From Bacillota bacterium (GTDB taxonomy: Bacteria > Bacillota > Clostridia > Peptostreptococcales > Anaerovoracaceae), in assembly GCA_023415235.1 (NCBI GenBank), contig JAEZLP010000030.1:65-64064 (forward strand): a DNA stretch of 64,000 nt, written 5' to 3'. Made by a program: the position numbers and the translations under genes. This document shows positions 56,390-64,000 of this stretch, one piece after another. The notes beneath the pieces were generated by a model. That model was not told the origin of the DNA, did not search any database, and saw only the letters and a list, made by a program, of their open reading frames with translations. How positions within the stretch are numbered: position 1 is the stretch's first letter; each line of letters starts with the position of its first letter.

Positions 56390-57295
56390 ATGATTGCAGT
56401 GGTTGGAAGCTTAAATATGGATTTGGTCATTCATACGGAAGCGATACCAAGACCGGGGGAAACCGTACTTGGTAACAGTTTTCATAAAATTCCCGGCGGC
56501 AAAGGCGGCAATCAGGCTGCCGCAGCTGCAAGACTGGGTTCCGGAGTGACGATGATCGGCGCTGTCGGCGAGGATGAGCTTGGCGAGGCTTTGATTCATT
56601 CTTTAAAAGCTGATGGAGTAAAAACAGATTATATCAGAAAAAAGAAAGGGATCTCCACCGGAATCGCAGCGATTATTGTTGAGAAATCCGGAAACAACGC
56701 CATTGCAGTAGTATCAGGCGCAAATTACGCCCTTTCGGTAGAGGACGTGGAGAAATATCACTTCATTATCGATCAAGCCAATGTACTTCTGGTACAGTTG
56801 GAAACGCCACTGCTCACAGTGAAAAGAGCCCTTAGGTTGGCGAAGCAGACAGGATGTCTGACTATTTTGAATCCGGCACCGGCAGTTCCTCTCCATCACG
56901 ATATACTGGAGAATATCGATATTCTTACACCAAACGAGATAGAATTGGAATTGCTGAGTGGCTGTCCTACGGGTACCATGGATGAAATCCACGCAGCAGG
57001 ACGCCGACTTCTCGACATGGGGGTACGGCAGCTGATCGTAACCATCGGTGATCGCGGCTGCGTAAAAATAGATAAAAATGGAATGGTGCACTACCCAGCA
57101 AAAAAGGTAACCACCGTAGATACCACGGCGGCTGGAGACTGTTTCAACGGTGCTTTGGCTGTAGCCTTGGCGGAAGGAAAGTCGGTGGATGACGCAATCC
57201 GGTTTGCTGTATCGGCCAGCGCTCTGTCCGTTACGAAATTCGGCGCGCAGACCTCCTTGCCTACACGAAAAGAAGTAGACAACTTTAACATTTAA
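56390..57295 (+). CDS. rbsK: Ribokinase
   Basis: VVGSLNMDLV, GGKGGNQA and the C-terminal DTTAAGDCFNGA PfkB signature. Confidence 0.9.
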   Translation: MIAVVGSLNMDLVIHTEAIPRPGETVLGNSFHKIPGGKGGNQAAAAARLGSGVTMIGAVGEDELGEALIHSLKADGVKTDYIRKKKGISTGIAAIIVEKSGNNAIAVVSGANYALSVEDVEKYHFIIDQANVLLVQLETPLLTVKRALRLAKQTGCLTILNPAPAVPLHHDILENIDILTPNEIELELLSGCPTGTMDEIHAAGRRLLDMGVRQLIVTIGDRGCVKIDKNGMVHYPAKKVTTVDTTAAGDCFNGALAVALAEGKSVDDAIRFAVSASALSVTKFGAQTSLPTRKEVDNFNI

Positions 57296-57326
57296 AATAC
57301 TTATAGAGAGATTAGCGGAGGGGAAA

Positions 57327-58259
57327 ATGAAAAAAGTAATTATTGATTGTGATCCAGGGCATGATGATGCCATCGCTTTGTTGCTGGCGGCAAAATCTGA
57401 GGAAATCAAACTGGTTGGTGTAACTACCGTAGCTGGCAACAGTGAACTCCACAACACGACCCGAAATGCCCGTAAGATACTGGATTACGCCGGATACAGG
57501 GAGATTCCCGTTTATTCCGGCTGTAACAGACCGATGATGCGTGATCTGTTCCGTCTGACCGGCGCCATCATTCACGGCGAGGATGGTCTCGGCGGACCCG
57601 ATATTCCTGCGCCTGTTACTCCAATCCAGGAAGAGCACGCGGTTGATTATCTGATTCGTACCTTGAAAGATTCAGACGACAGAATAATTCTCATCGTGAC
57701 CGGACCGATGACCAACATTGCGGTTGCGCTTCAGAAGGCACCGGAAATCAAAGATAAGATTGACAGGATCATCATGATGGGAGGAGCCGTCATCGAGCCG
57801 GGAAATATCACATCAGCCGCCGAATTCAATATCTTTGTCGATCCGGAGGCCGCCAAGATCGTGATCAACAGCGGATGCGAGCTTTATCTTGTAACCTTGG
57901 ACGTCACCATGAAAGCAGTGTTTAATGAAGACGATATCGAGACCCTTCGGAGTCAAGGGGACAAAATTTCGACCATCGTGGCATCGCTGCTGGATTTCTT
58001 CGCAGAGACCCATGTGAAACATTTTGGATTTAAAGCCTGCCCGATCCACGACGCGCTGTGCGTTGGCATTTTGATCGATGACAGTCTCGTCGAATTTAAA
58101 AAGACCCATGTGGATATTTCTCTTCATGATCCGCTCACCCTTGGCGAAACGGTGGCAGATCTTTGGGAGATCACCGGCAACAAACCAAATTGCCATATCT
58201 CCATGAAGGTTGACCGGGAGAAATTTGTCAAAATGATTTGTGATCATATGAAGAAGTAA
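57327..58259 (+). CDS. Nucleoside hydrolase (inosine/uridine-preferring family)
   Basis: N-terminal DCDPGHDDAIAL (DxDxxxDD) motif. Size about 310 aa. Confidence 0.9.
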   Translation: MKKVIIDCDPGHDDAIALLLAAKSEEIKLVGVTTVAGNSELHNTTRNARKILDYAGYREIPVYSGCNRPMMRDLFRLTGAIIHGEDGLGGPDIPAPVTPIQEEHAVDYLIRTLKDSDDRIILIVTGPMTNIAVALQKAPEIKDKIDRIIMMGGAVIEPGNITSAAEFNIFVDPEAAKIVINSGCELYLVTLDVTMKAVFNEDDIETLRSQGDKISTIVASLLDFFAETHVKHFGFKACPIHDALCVGILIDDSLVEFKKTHVDISLHDPLTLGETVADLWEITGNKPNCHISMKVDREKFVKMICDHMKK

Positions 58260-58346
58260 GAGTTATCTTTGTCATATTTGCACCTTTTCAGCAATCAGGC
58301 AATTAGGTGCTATATATAAAAAAAAAGAATCAAAAGGAGAGAGGAA

Positions 58347-59450
58347 ATGAAAAAGAAACTAGCATTAGTACTGAGTCTGCTGTTATTGTTCACCACAATA
58401 CTCGCAGGCTGCGGTGGCGCACAGGAACCGGCAGAAGACACCGGAGACAGTGGTGAAGCATTGAAAGTTGTATGTCTGCTGAATGGTAATCTGGGAGACA
58501 AGTCCTTCTTTGATTCCGCGAATCAGGGCATGGCAATGATCAAAGACCAGCTCGGCGCCGAGACAAAGGTGGTTGAAATGGGATTTGATAATACAGCATG
58601 GGAATCCACACTGTATGAATTCGCTGACTCTGATTATGACGTAATTATCGTCGGTACATATCAGATGCAGGAACTTCTGGCAAAGGTTGCTCCGGAATAT
58701 CCAGACAAAAGGTTCATCATCTTCGATTCAGAGGTGGCAGCTGACAACGTTTATTCCATCACCTTCAAGCAGAATGAAGCTTCCTATCTTGCAGGCGCTC
58801 TCGCCGCCATGATGGCTGCTGATTCGGATCTGACAAACGGACAGAAAAAAATCGGAGCTGTTCTGGCCATGGATATTCCCGTCTTAAACGACTTCCTGGT
58901 TGGTTATATCCAGGGAGCCAGCGATGTTGTTCCGGGAACAACGGTAGCCGTATCGCAGATCGGTGATTTTGCAGACACAGCAAGAGCCAAGGAATTGGCC
59001 ACTGCCCAATATAACTCAGGCGTAGGCGTTTGTATGCATGTTGCTGCTCAGGCAGGACTGGGCGTAATCGATGCTGCAAAAACCATGAAAACATGGGCGA
59101 TCGGCGTTGACGCAGACCAGGCAATGGCACTGGCTTCCGATGATCCGGACGCAAGCGCTCAAATCGTAACCTCCGTTCTGAAAAATATCGATCAGGTATT
59201 GCTCAGAGCGATCACGAAACATATTGACGGTACTCTTCCTTACGGATCCACCGAGTCTCTCGGTATTACCGACAAGGCCGTTGGACTTGCAGATAACGAA
59301 GTTTATCGCGGAATCGCAACGGAAGATATGGTTGCCAAGGTAGCTGAGCTGCAGGCTAAAATCGAGAGTGGAGAGATCCAAGTGAAATCCGCTTTTGACA
59401 TGTCTACAGAAGAAATTGCTGCTTATAAAGCGTCTGTGGAACCGAAATAG
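58347..59450 (+). CDS. BMP-family ABC transporter substrate-binding lipoprotein (nucleoside-binding type)
   Basis: Lipobox LLFTTILAGCGG and BMP/PnrA-like blocks (KVVCLLNGNLGDKSFFDSA, IGVDADQ). Confidence 0.85.
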   Translation: MKKKLALVLSLLLLFTTILAGCGGAQEPAEDTGDSGEALKVVCLLNGNLGDKSFFDSANQGMAMIKDQLGAETKVVEMGFDNTAWESTLYEFADSDYDVIIVGTYQMQELLAKVAPEYPDKRFIIFDSEVAADNVYSITFKQNEASYLAGALAAMMAADSDLTNGQKKIGAVLAMDIPVLNDFLVGYIQGASDVVPGTTVAVSQIGDFADTARAKELATAQYNSGVGVCMHVAAQAGLGVIDAAKTMKTWAIGVDADQAMALASDDPDASAQIVTSVLKNIDQVLLRAITKHIDGTLPYGSTESLGITDKAVGLADNEVYRGIATEDMVAKVAELQAKIESGEIQVKSAFDMSTEEIAAYKASVEPK

Positions 59451-59496
59451 AGCATGAATTCAGGTTCATGAATATCTGAATACCATTGATTTCAAG

Positions 59497-59562
59497 CACC
59501 CTTAATCCGCCGCACTTGGGTCGCTCGTATTGAAATATAGCCGTAGTGCGGCGGCAAGGGTG
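59497..59562 (+). promoter_or_regulatory. Long intercistronic stem-loop that pairs with the RBS of the ATPase gene
   Basis: caccctt-aat-ccgccgcact (59497-59516) pairs with agtgcggcgg-c-aagggtg (59545-59562). AAGGGTG is the only SD-like element before the ATG at 59569. Confidence 0.5.
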
Positions 59563-59568
59563 TATTTT

Positions 59569-61128
59569 ATGTCTGAAATATTACAGATGAAAGAAATCTC
59601 AAAAATATACGGAAATGGAATTTACGCCAACAGGCACGTCAACTTCTCAATCAGAGAAGGCGAAATCCATGCCTTAGTCGGCGAAAACGGCGCAGGGAAG
59701 AGCACCTTGATGAAAATTCTGTTCGGGTTGGAAAAACCCTCGAGCGGAGAAATCATACTGCGGGATAGAAAGCTGGAATTCCATTCTCCTCAGGATGCTA
59801 TGGAAGTCGGAATCGGCATGGTTCATCAGCACTTCATGCTCGTGGAATCCCTGACTGTAACCGAGAATGTCATTCTGGGCTGTGAGCCGATAAAAGGCGG
59901 ATTTATCGATTACAAAACAGCCAAAGAAAAGGTCAGGGAATTTGCGGACACCTTCGATATGAAGATTGACCCGGAGGCGGTGATCAGTGATCTTTCTGTG
60001 GGCATCAAGCAAAAGGTGGAGATCATTAAGGCTCTGTTCCGTGGAGCCAAGATCCTCATTCTTGACGAACCTACTGCGGTATTGACTCCGCAGGAAACGG
60101 TTGAATTGTTTACTCAGCTGAAAAATTTAAAAGAAAAGGGCTATACGGTCATATTTATCTCCCATAAGCTGCGTGAGGTGAAGGAAATCTCCGACCGCAT
60201 CAGTATCATGAGGAGGGGAGAGCTGGTCGAGACCGTGGACACTGAATCGGTGACGGAAAAGGATATTTCCGTTCTAATGGTCGGCTCCGGATATATCGGA
60301 GACTTGTCCAAATCAAAAGCGAAGCCCGGAGAAAATCTCTTATGCGTCCAGAACTTGAAATACGTCGATTCGGAAAAGCAAACGAGAGCAAACGGAGTTT
60401 CCTTCTCCGTGCGCGCCGGCGAAATCGTCGGAATTGCCGGAGTGGAAGGAAACGGACAAAATGAATTGATTGAGATGATTACAGGCTTGTCGGTTCCCAC
60501 AGAAGGGCAAATCGAGATGATGGGAAAGAGTATTGCCGGAAGAGGGATCGGTGAGCTTCGAAACCTTGGCATGGCTTATATCCCAAGCGACAGAATGGCG
60601 CTTGGGGTGGCATCGACCATGAGCATTGAAGAGAATCTTATTACCACGAAAATCAAGAAAAAACTTCTTTACAATAAATTCAAACTGATGGATTTGACAA
60701 AGATCAACAGGCTTTCTGCAAAGCTGGTGGAAGAGTACCGGATCAAATGCAGTTCCGCCCAGACTCTTGTGGAAATGCTGTCCGGCGGGAACATTCAAAA
60801 GGTTGTTGTCGCCAGAGAATTCACTCAGGAAAATACACGCCTGATCATTGCGGAACAACCGACCCGCGGAATCGATGTGGGAGCGGCAAAATTTATTCAT
60901 GAAAGGCTCATTGCTCTTCGTGACGAAGGGTATGCGATTCTATTGGTTTCCGCTGATCTCGAGGAGCTTTACAAGCTTTCCGACAGTATTCTTGTTATTT
61001 ACAACGGCAAGATCTCTGCCTACATCGAAAACCCGGAAACCGTATCTGAGACGGACCTGGGTCATTTCATGCTGGGTGTAAACAAGCATTCGGAAGTGGA
61101 AATAAGGAGGGCCTGCCATGAAGAATAG
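59569..61128 (+). CDS. ABC transporter ATP-binding protein (duplicated ATPase, sugar/nucleoside importer type)
   Basis: First domain: Walker A GENGAGKST, signature LSVGIKQK and LILDEPT. Second domain: GVEGNGQNE, LSGGNIQK and IAEQPTRGID. Confidence 0.9.
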   Translation: MSEILQMKEISKIYGNGIYANRHVNFSIREGEIHALVGENGAGKSTLMKILFGLEKPSSGEIILRDRKLEFHSPQDAMEVGIGMVHQHFMLVESLTVTENVILGCEPIKGGFIDYKTAKEKVREFADTFDMKIDPEAVISDLSVGIKQKVEIIKALFRGAKILILDEPTAVLTPQETVELFTQLKNLKEKGYTVIFISHKLREVKEISDRISIMRRGELVETVDTESVTEKDISVLMVGSGYIGDLSKSKAKPGENLLCVQNLKYVDSEKQTRANGVSFSVRAGEIVGIAGVEGNGQNELIEMITGLSVPTEGQIEMMGKSIAGRGIGELRNLGMAYIPSDRMALGVASTMSIEENLITTKIKKKLLYNKFKLMDLTKINRLSAKLVEEYRIKCSSAQTLVEMLSGGNIQKVVVAREFTQENTRLIIAEQPTRGIDVGAAKFIHERLIALRDEGYAILLVSADLEELYKLSDSILVIYNGKISAYIENPETVSETDLGHFMLGVNKHSEVEIRRACHEE

Positions 61129-62170
61129 AAATCTGTTATTTAACTCCGCTACAACGGCAATCGCCATTGTAATTTCATTAGCAATTGCTTTCATGATCAT
61201 TCTTTTTGTCAGCGATTCACCGGCGGAAGCCGCCAAGGCACTGCTGCTCGGGCCATTCAGCTCCTTCCGGAACTTCGGTTCGATCATAACCCTGGCGTCA
61301 ACGATTACCTTTACCGGACTGGCCGTATGCATCATGTTCCAGGCATCCATGTTCAATATGTGCGCGGAAGGCTCTTTCTTTATCGGAGCGCTCATCGCCG
61401 CCGCTGCTGCCACAGCTTTTAATATGCCGCCTTTTATCGCCCTTATGGTGCCGATGCTGTGCGGAGCTGCCGCAGGAGGGTTACTCTGTTTTGTCCCTGC
61501 AATCATGAAAGCGAAGGTAAACGCCAACGAGATGGTTTCCTCGCTGATGCTGAATTACGTAGCTTTGTTCGTGGGTTTATATCTCATGAATAAATATTTC
61601 AGGGATAATGCTTACGGAGCACTTGCTTCCTACAAGCTGCCGGAAGCTTCGGTTCTTGATAAAATCGTACCCGGAACAGCAATCCACTCCGGAGTGATTC
61701 TGGCAATCATCCTGATTGTCCTGTGTTATTTGTTTCTCTATAAAACAAAATCCGGATACGAAATCCGGGTCATGGGGCAGAATGCAAAATTTGCCAGGTA
61801 TACGGGACTTAGCGTTGGCGGCGCGATCATCCTGTCTCAAACACTGGGCGGCGCCATCGCAGGACTCGGAGGCGCGGTGGAGGTCATGGGAATGTATGCA
61901 CGTTTTCAATGGACGACTTTGCCCGGATATGGCTGGGACGGTGTGATTATCGCAATCCTGGCCAGAAACAAGCCTCAGTTTGTTCCTCTGGCCGCTTTAT
62001 TCCTTGCATATCTGAGAGTCGGAGCCAATGTCATGGCCCGGGTCAGCGATGTTCCCAGTGAAATTATCACAGTTATTCAGGCTATCATGATCATGCTGGT
62101 AACGGCAACTGCTTTGCTCGGCCGCTTGAAGCAAAAAGCTGTGGAAAAGGAGGTGCTGGCGAATGGCTAA
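61118..62170 (+). CDS. ABC transporter permease (BMP-system, first permease)
   Basis: Polytopic membrane protein in the conserved position after the ATPase. RBS AAGGAGGG. Overlaps the ATPase gene end. Confidence 0.85.
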   Translation: MKNRNLLFNSATTAIAIVISLAIAFMIILFVSDSPAEAAKALLLGPFSSFRNFGSIITLASTITFTGLAVCIMFQASMFNMCAEGSFFIGALIAAAAATAFNMPPFIALMVPMLCGAAAGGLLCFVPAIMKAKVNANEMVSSLMLNYVALFVGLYLMNKYFRDNAYGALASYKLPEASVLDKIVPGTAIHSGVILAIILIVLCYLFLYKTKSGYEIRVMGQNAKFARYTGLSVGGAIILSQTLGGAIAGLGGAVEVMGMYARFQWTTLPGYGWDGVIIAILARNKPQFVPLAALFLAYLRVGANVMARVSDVPSEIITVIQAIMIMLVTATALLGRLKQKAVEKEVLANG

Positions 62171-63080
62171 CGTAATGGAAATGATTTTTTCCGCTGAATT
62201 TATCAGCTCTGTGATCCGTGTAACCACACCGATTTTGTTTGCCACCATGGCTGTATTGCTTTCTGATCGTGCCGGCGTGCTCAACATCAGCATAGAAGGT
62301 ACCATGTTGTTCGCAGCTCTCATGGGCGTCGTAGGCAGCGCATATACGCAAAGCGCCTGGTTGGGGCTTCTTATCGCTATATTATCAGGTGTTTTCTATG
62401 CAGGGATTTTATCGTTTTTTCATTTAAAACTGAAGACCAATATTATATTGACAGGGATTGCCTTGAATCTCATGGCCAGCGGTCTCACCGTGTCCATCCT
62501 GTATCTGCTTACCGGAGATAAAGGAGTTTCCACGGCATTGCCGAGCAAGGTACTTCCCAGCGTTGCAATACCGATTGTCAAGGATATTCCTTACCTTGGT
62601 ACCATTCTATCCGGACAAAATGTATTGACGTATTTCTCTTTGATCATACTGATAATTCTAGCCATCTTTCTGAAATATACGAGGACCGGCACCCATATCC
62701 GTGCCGTGGGCGAATTCCCCGCTGCGGTGGAGTCGGCAGGTATTTCCGTTGCAAAAACAAGGCTGATCGCTTTGCTGGCATCTGGCGGAATCGCTGGAAT
62801 GGGAGGAGCGTTCATGTCGATGGCGTACCTGTCCATGTTCACCAAGGACATGATTTCAGGCCGCGGCTTTATTGCTCTGGCAGCGGAAGCTATGGGAAGA
62901 GGCATGCCGTTTTTATCTTTGCTTTCTTCCTTGCTCTTCGGTTTTGCCGACGCGTTGTCAAGCAGCCTGCAGCTGTTTAACATCCCAAGCGAATTAACGC
63001 GACTGATGCCTTATCTGCTAACTATCCTCGCATTGGGCATCTATGCTTCAAGAGAGAATAAAAAGAAGAAAAAATTATAA
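62163..63080 (+). CDS. ABC transporter permease (BMP-system, second permease)
   Basis: Polytopic membrane protein. RBS AAGGAGGTG. 8-nt overlap with the upstream permease. Confidence 0.85.
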   Translation: MANVMEMIFSAEFISSVIRVTTPILFATMAVLLSDRAGVLNISIEGTMLFAALMGVVGSAYTQSAWLGLLIAILSGVFYAGILSFFHLKLKTNIILTGIALNLMASGLTVSILYLLTGDKGVSTALPSKVLPSVAIPIVKDIPYLGTILSGQNVLTYFSLIILIILAIFLKYTRTGTHIRAVGEFPAAVESAGISVAKTRLIALLASGGIAGMGGAFMSMAYLSMFTKDMISGRGFIALAAEAMGRGMPFLSLLSSLLFGFADALSSSLQLFNIPSELTRLMPYLLTILALGIYASRENKKKKKL

Positions 63081-63098
63081 AAAACCGATTGATATTGT

Positions 63099-63127
63099 TT
63101 GACTTTAAAGTGCTTGTATGATATTAT
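63099..63127 (+). promoter_or_regulatory. Sigma-A promoter of rplU-rpmA
   Basis: TTGACT, a 17-nt spacer that ends in TGa, then TATTAT (extended -10). Confidence 0.5.
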
Positions 63128-63216
63128 AAATGACTGTAAGCCGCTCAGAACGGGTTTTTTAAAAAGCCGAGTGCTACCCTTGATGGCGAGACTGGATAGA
63201 GGAGGTAAAAAAGAAT

Positions 63217-63771
63217 ATGTATGCAGTAATCGAAACCGGCGGAAAGCAGTACAGAGTACAGGAAGGCGACGTGATTACCATTGAAAAGCTGAAGGTATCA
63301 GCAGGTGACAATATCACATTCGACAAAGTATTGGTACTGAGCGACGGTCAAAATGTTCAGGTTGGTACACCAATCCTGGAAGCAGCAAAGGTTTTTGGCA
63401 CAGTAGTTGAAAATGGTAAAGGAGAAAAGGTTATCATCTTCAAATATAAGTCAAAAAAGGACTACAGAAAGAAGCAGGGGCACAGACAGCCATATACAAT
63501 GGTTAAAATTGATTCCTTGTCAGCTGATGGAAAACCGGCTCCTAAGAAAGTAGTTGAAAAACCTGCAGCGGAAGCAGCAGCGACAGAAAAGCCTGCAGAG
63601 GAGAAAAAGCCTGCTGAGGCAAAGAAGCCTGCAGCCAAGAAAACAACCGCTGAAAAAGCCACAGCTGAAAAGAAGCCTGCAGCTAAAAAAGCAGCCACTG
63701 AGAAAACGGCAGCTGAAAAGAAGCCTGCAGCAAAAAAGGCAGCAAAGCCAGCAGCTAAGGATGCAGAATAA
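63217..63771 (+). CDS. rplU: 50S ribosomal protein L21 with a long Lys/Ala/Pro/Glu-rich C-terminal extension
   Basis: The core [18 protein letters not shown]...[13 protein letters not shown] (about 103 aa) is followed by 81 aa of AEKKPAAKK-type repeats. Confidence 0.9.
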   Translation: MYAVIETGGKQYRVQEGDVITIEKLKVSAGDNITFDKVLVLSDGQNVQVGTPILEAAKVFGTVVENGKGEKVIIFKYKSKKDYRKKQGHRQPYTMVKIDSLSADGKPAPKKVVEKPAAEAAATEKPAEEKKPAEAKKPAAKKTTAEKATAEKKPAAKKAATEKTAAEKKPAAKKAAKPAAKDAE

Positions 63772-63866
63772 TCTTTAGCATTCACATACCGGTTTGCCGG
63801 AATTGCAGGGCAATTTCCCGGCGAACGCAAGCAAAGACAGCACAAGGGAAAAAGGAGGTGTAGTCT

Positions 63867-64000
63867 ATGGCAAGTAAAAAAGGAGTAGGTAGCTCCAAGA
63901 ACGGTCGTGACAGTGAGTCGAAACGACTTGGTGTAAAAAGAGCCGATGGTCAGATTGTGAGCGCAGGCAGCATTCTGGTAAGACAAAGAGGGACTAAATT
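63867..64000 (+). CDS. rpmA: 50S ribosomal protein L27 (partial; runs off the window)
   Basis: [42 protein letters not shown]. An in-frame TAG lies two codons upstream of the ATG. Confidence 0.9.
   Translation, partial: MASKKGVGSSKNGRDSESKRLGVKRADGQIVSAGSILVRQRGTK

Noticed and set aside
15121-61527. Long antisense ORFs inside well-supported genes, for example 15121-15810, 21291-21995, 30570-31235, 34414-35007, 49641-50441, 56714-57457 and 60940-61527, all on the minus strand
   Set aside because: Each lies entirely within a gene that has strong family motifs on the opposite strand. They lack RBSs and have compositionally odd, Arg/Ser/Cys/His-rich translations typical of shadow ORFs.
63128-63216. 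Ribosomal L21-leader RNA element upstream of rplU
   Set aside because: A regulatory leader is expected in Firmicutes. I could not fold a convincing conserved structure by eye, and the ccgctcagaacggg+T6 segment pairs poorly. It needs a covariance-model scan (Rfam L21_leader).
63462-63986. 174-aa minus-strand ORF across the rplU tail and the rpmA start
   Set aside because: It is a shadow of the GC-skewed AAG/GCN repeat region of L21 and crosses an intergenic region and the start of rpmA. It has no RBS.
1-64000. Search for mobile elements, prophage genes, CRISPR arrays, tRNA and rRNA genes
   Set aside because: No transposase, integrase or recombinase motifs were seen, and no long terminal inverted repeats, spaced direct-repeat arrays, tRNA-like cloverleaf signatures or rRNA-like sequence. 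The window appears to be core chromosome.

Overview
This window looks like a chromosomal segment from a Gram-positive anaerobe of the class Clostridia. The lineage call is an inference from four things: a SCIFF peptide with its maturase, the sporulation membrane protein YlbJ, a glgBCDAP-type glycogen operon, and AGGAGG-type ribosome-binding sites together with sortase and LPXTG-like biology. Most of the window is densely packed housekeeping DNA. In order, it contains: a GH1 glycosidase, a MazG-like protein and a universal stress protein; an amino-acid permease; a stand-alone Ni-CO dehydrogenase (cooS); a surface-protein module (a secreted LysM/C39-like peptidase, an 821-aa VPKTG-anchored adhesin and a class B sortase); a frameshifted zinc phospholipase C; scfA/scfB (SCIFF); RNase Z; a PepD-like lipoprotein; glgB-glgC-glgD-glgA-glgP plus a GH13 enzyme; nrdD-nrdG; rpmB; an Asp23-family gene followed by recG, rsmD, coaD, ylbJ, tmcAL, ackA and rpmF; a TetR/HlyD/ABC-2 efflux-like cluster; asd-dapA-dapB on the minus strand; ftsK-rimO-pgsA-cinA-recA; a LacI-regulated nucleoside scavenging operon (rbsK, nucleoside hydrolase, BMP-type ABC importer); and rplU-rpmA. 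I found no rRNA, tRNA, CRISPR array, transposase or integrase. Many ORF-track starts are over-extended, so I re-placed them using RBS spacing. Several of the re-placed starts are TTG or GTG, and several gene pairs overlap by ATGA. Seven items deserve a second look. (1) A 48-codon SCIFF precursor is missing from the ORF track. (2) Two frameshifts are visible, one in an A9 homopolymer in the phospholipase C gene and one next to short C/T runs in an ABC-2 permease gene. (3) A lipoprotein PepD homologue appears to have lost most of its catalytic and metal-binding residues. (4) The orphan CooS has a CxxC D-cluster motif. (5) Two tiny hydrophobic ORFs lie on the minus strand in the rpmB/Asp23 gap. 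(6) The HlyD plus two ABC-2 permease cluster has no ATPase gene. (7) L21 carries an 81-residue Lys/Ala/Pro-rich tail, and the adjacent L27 lacks the Firmicute N-terminal propeptide and its Prp protease gene. All family assignments come from motif recognition by eye; no database search was run.
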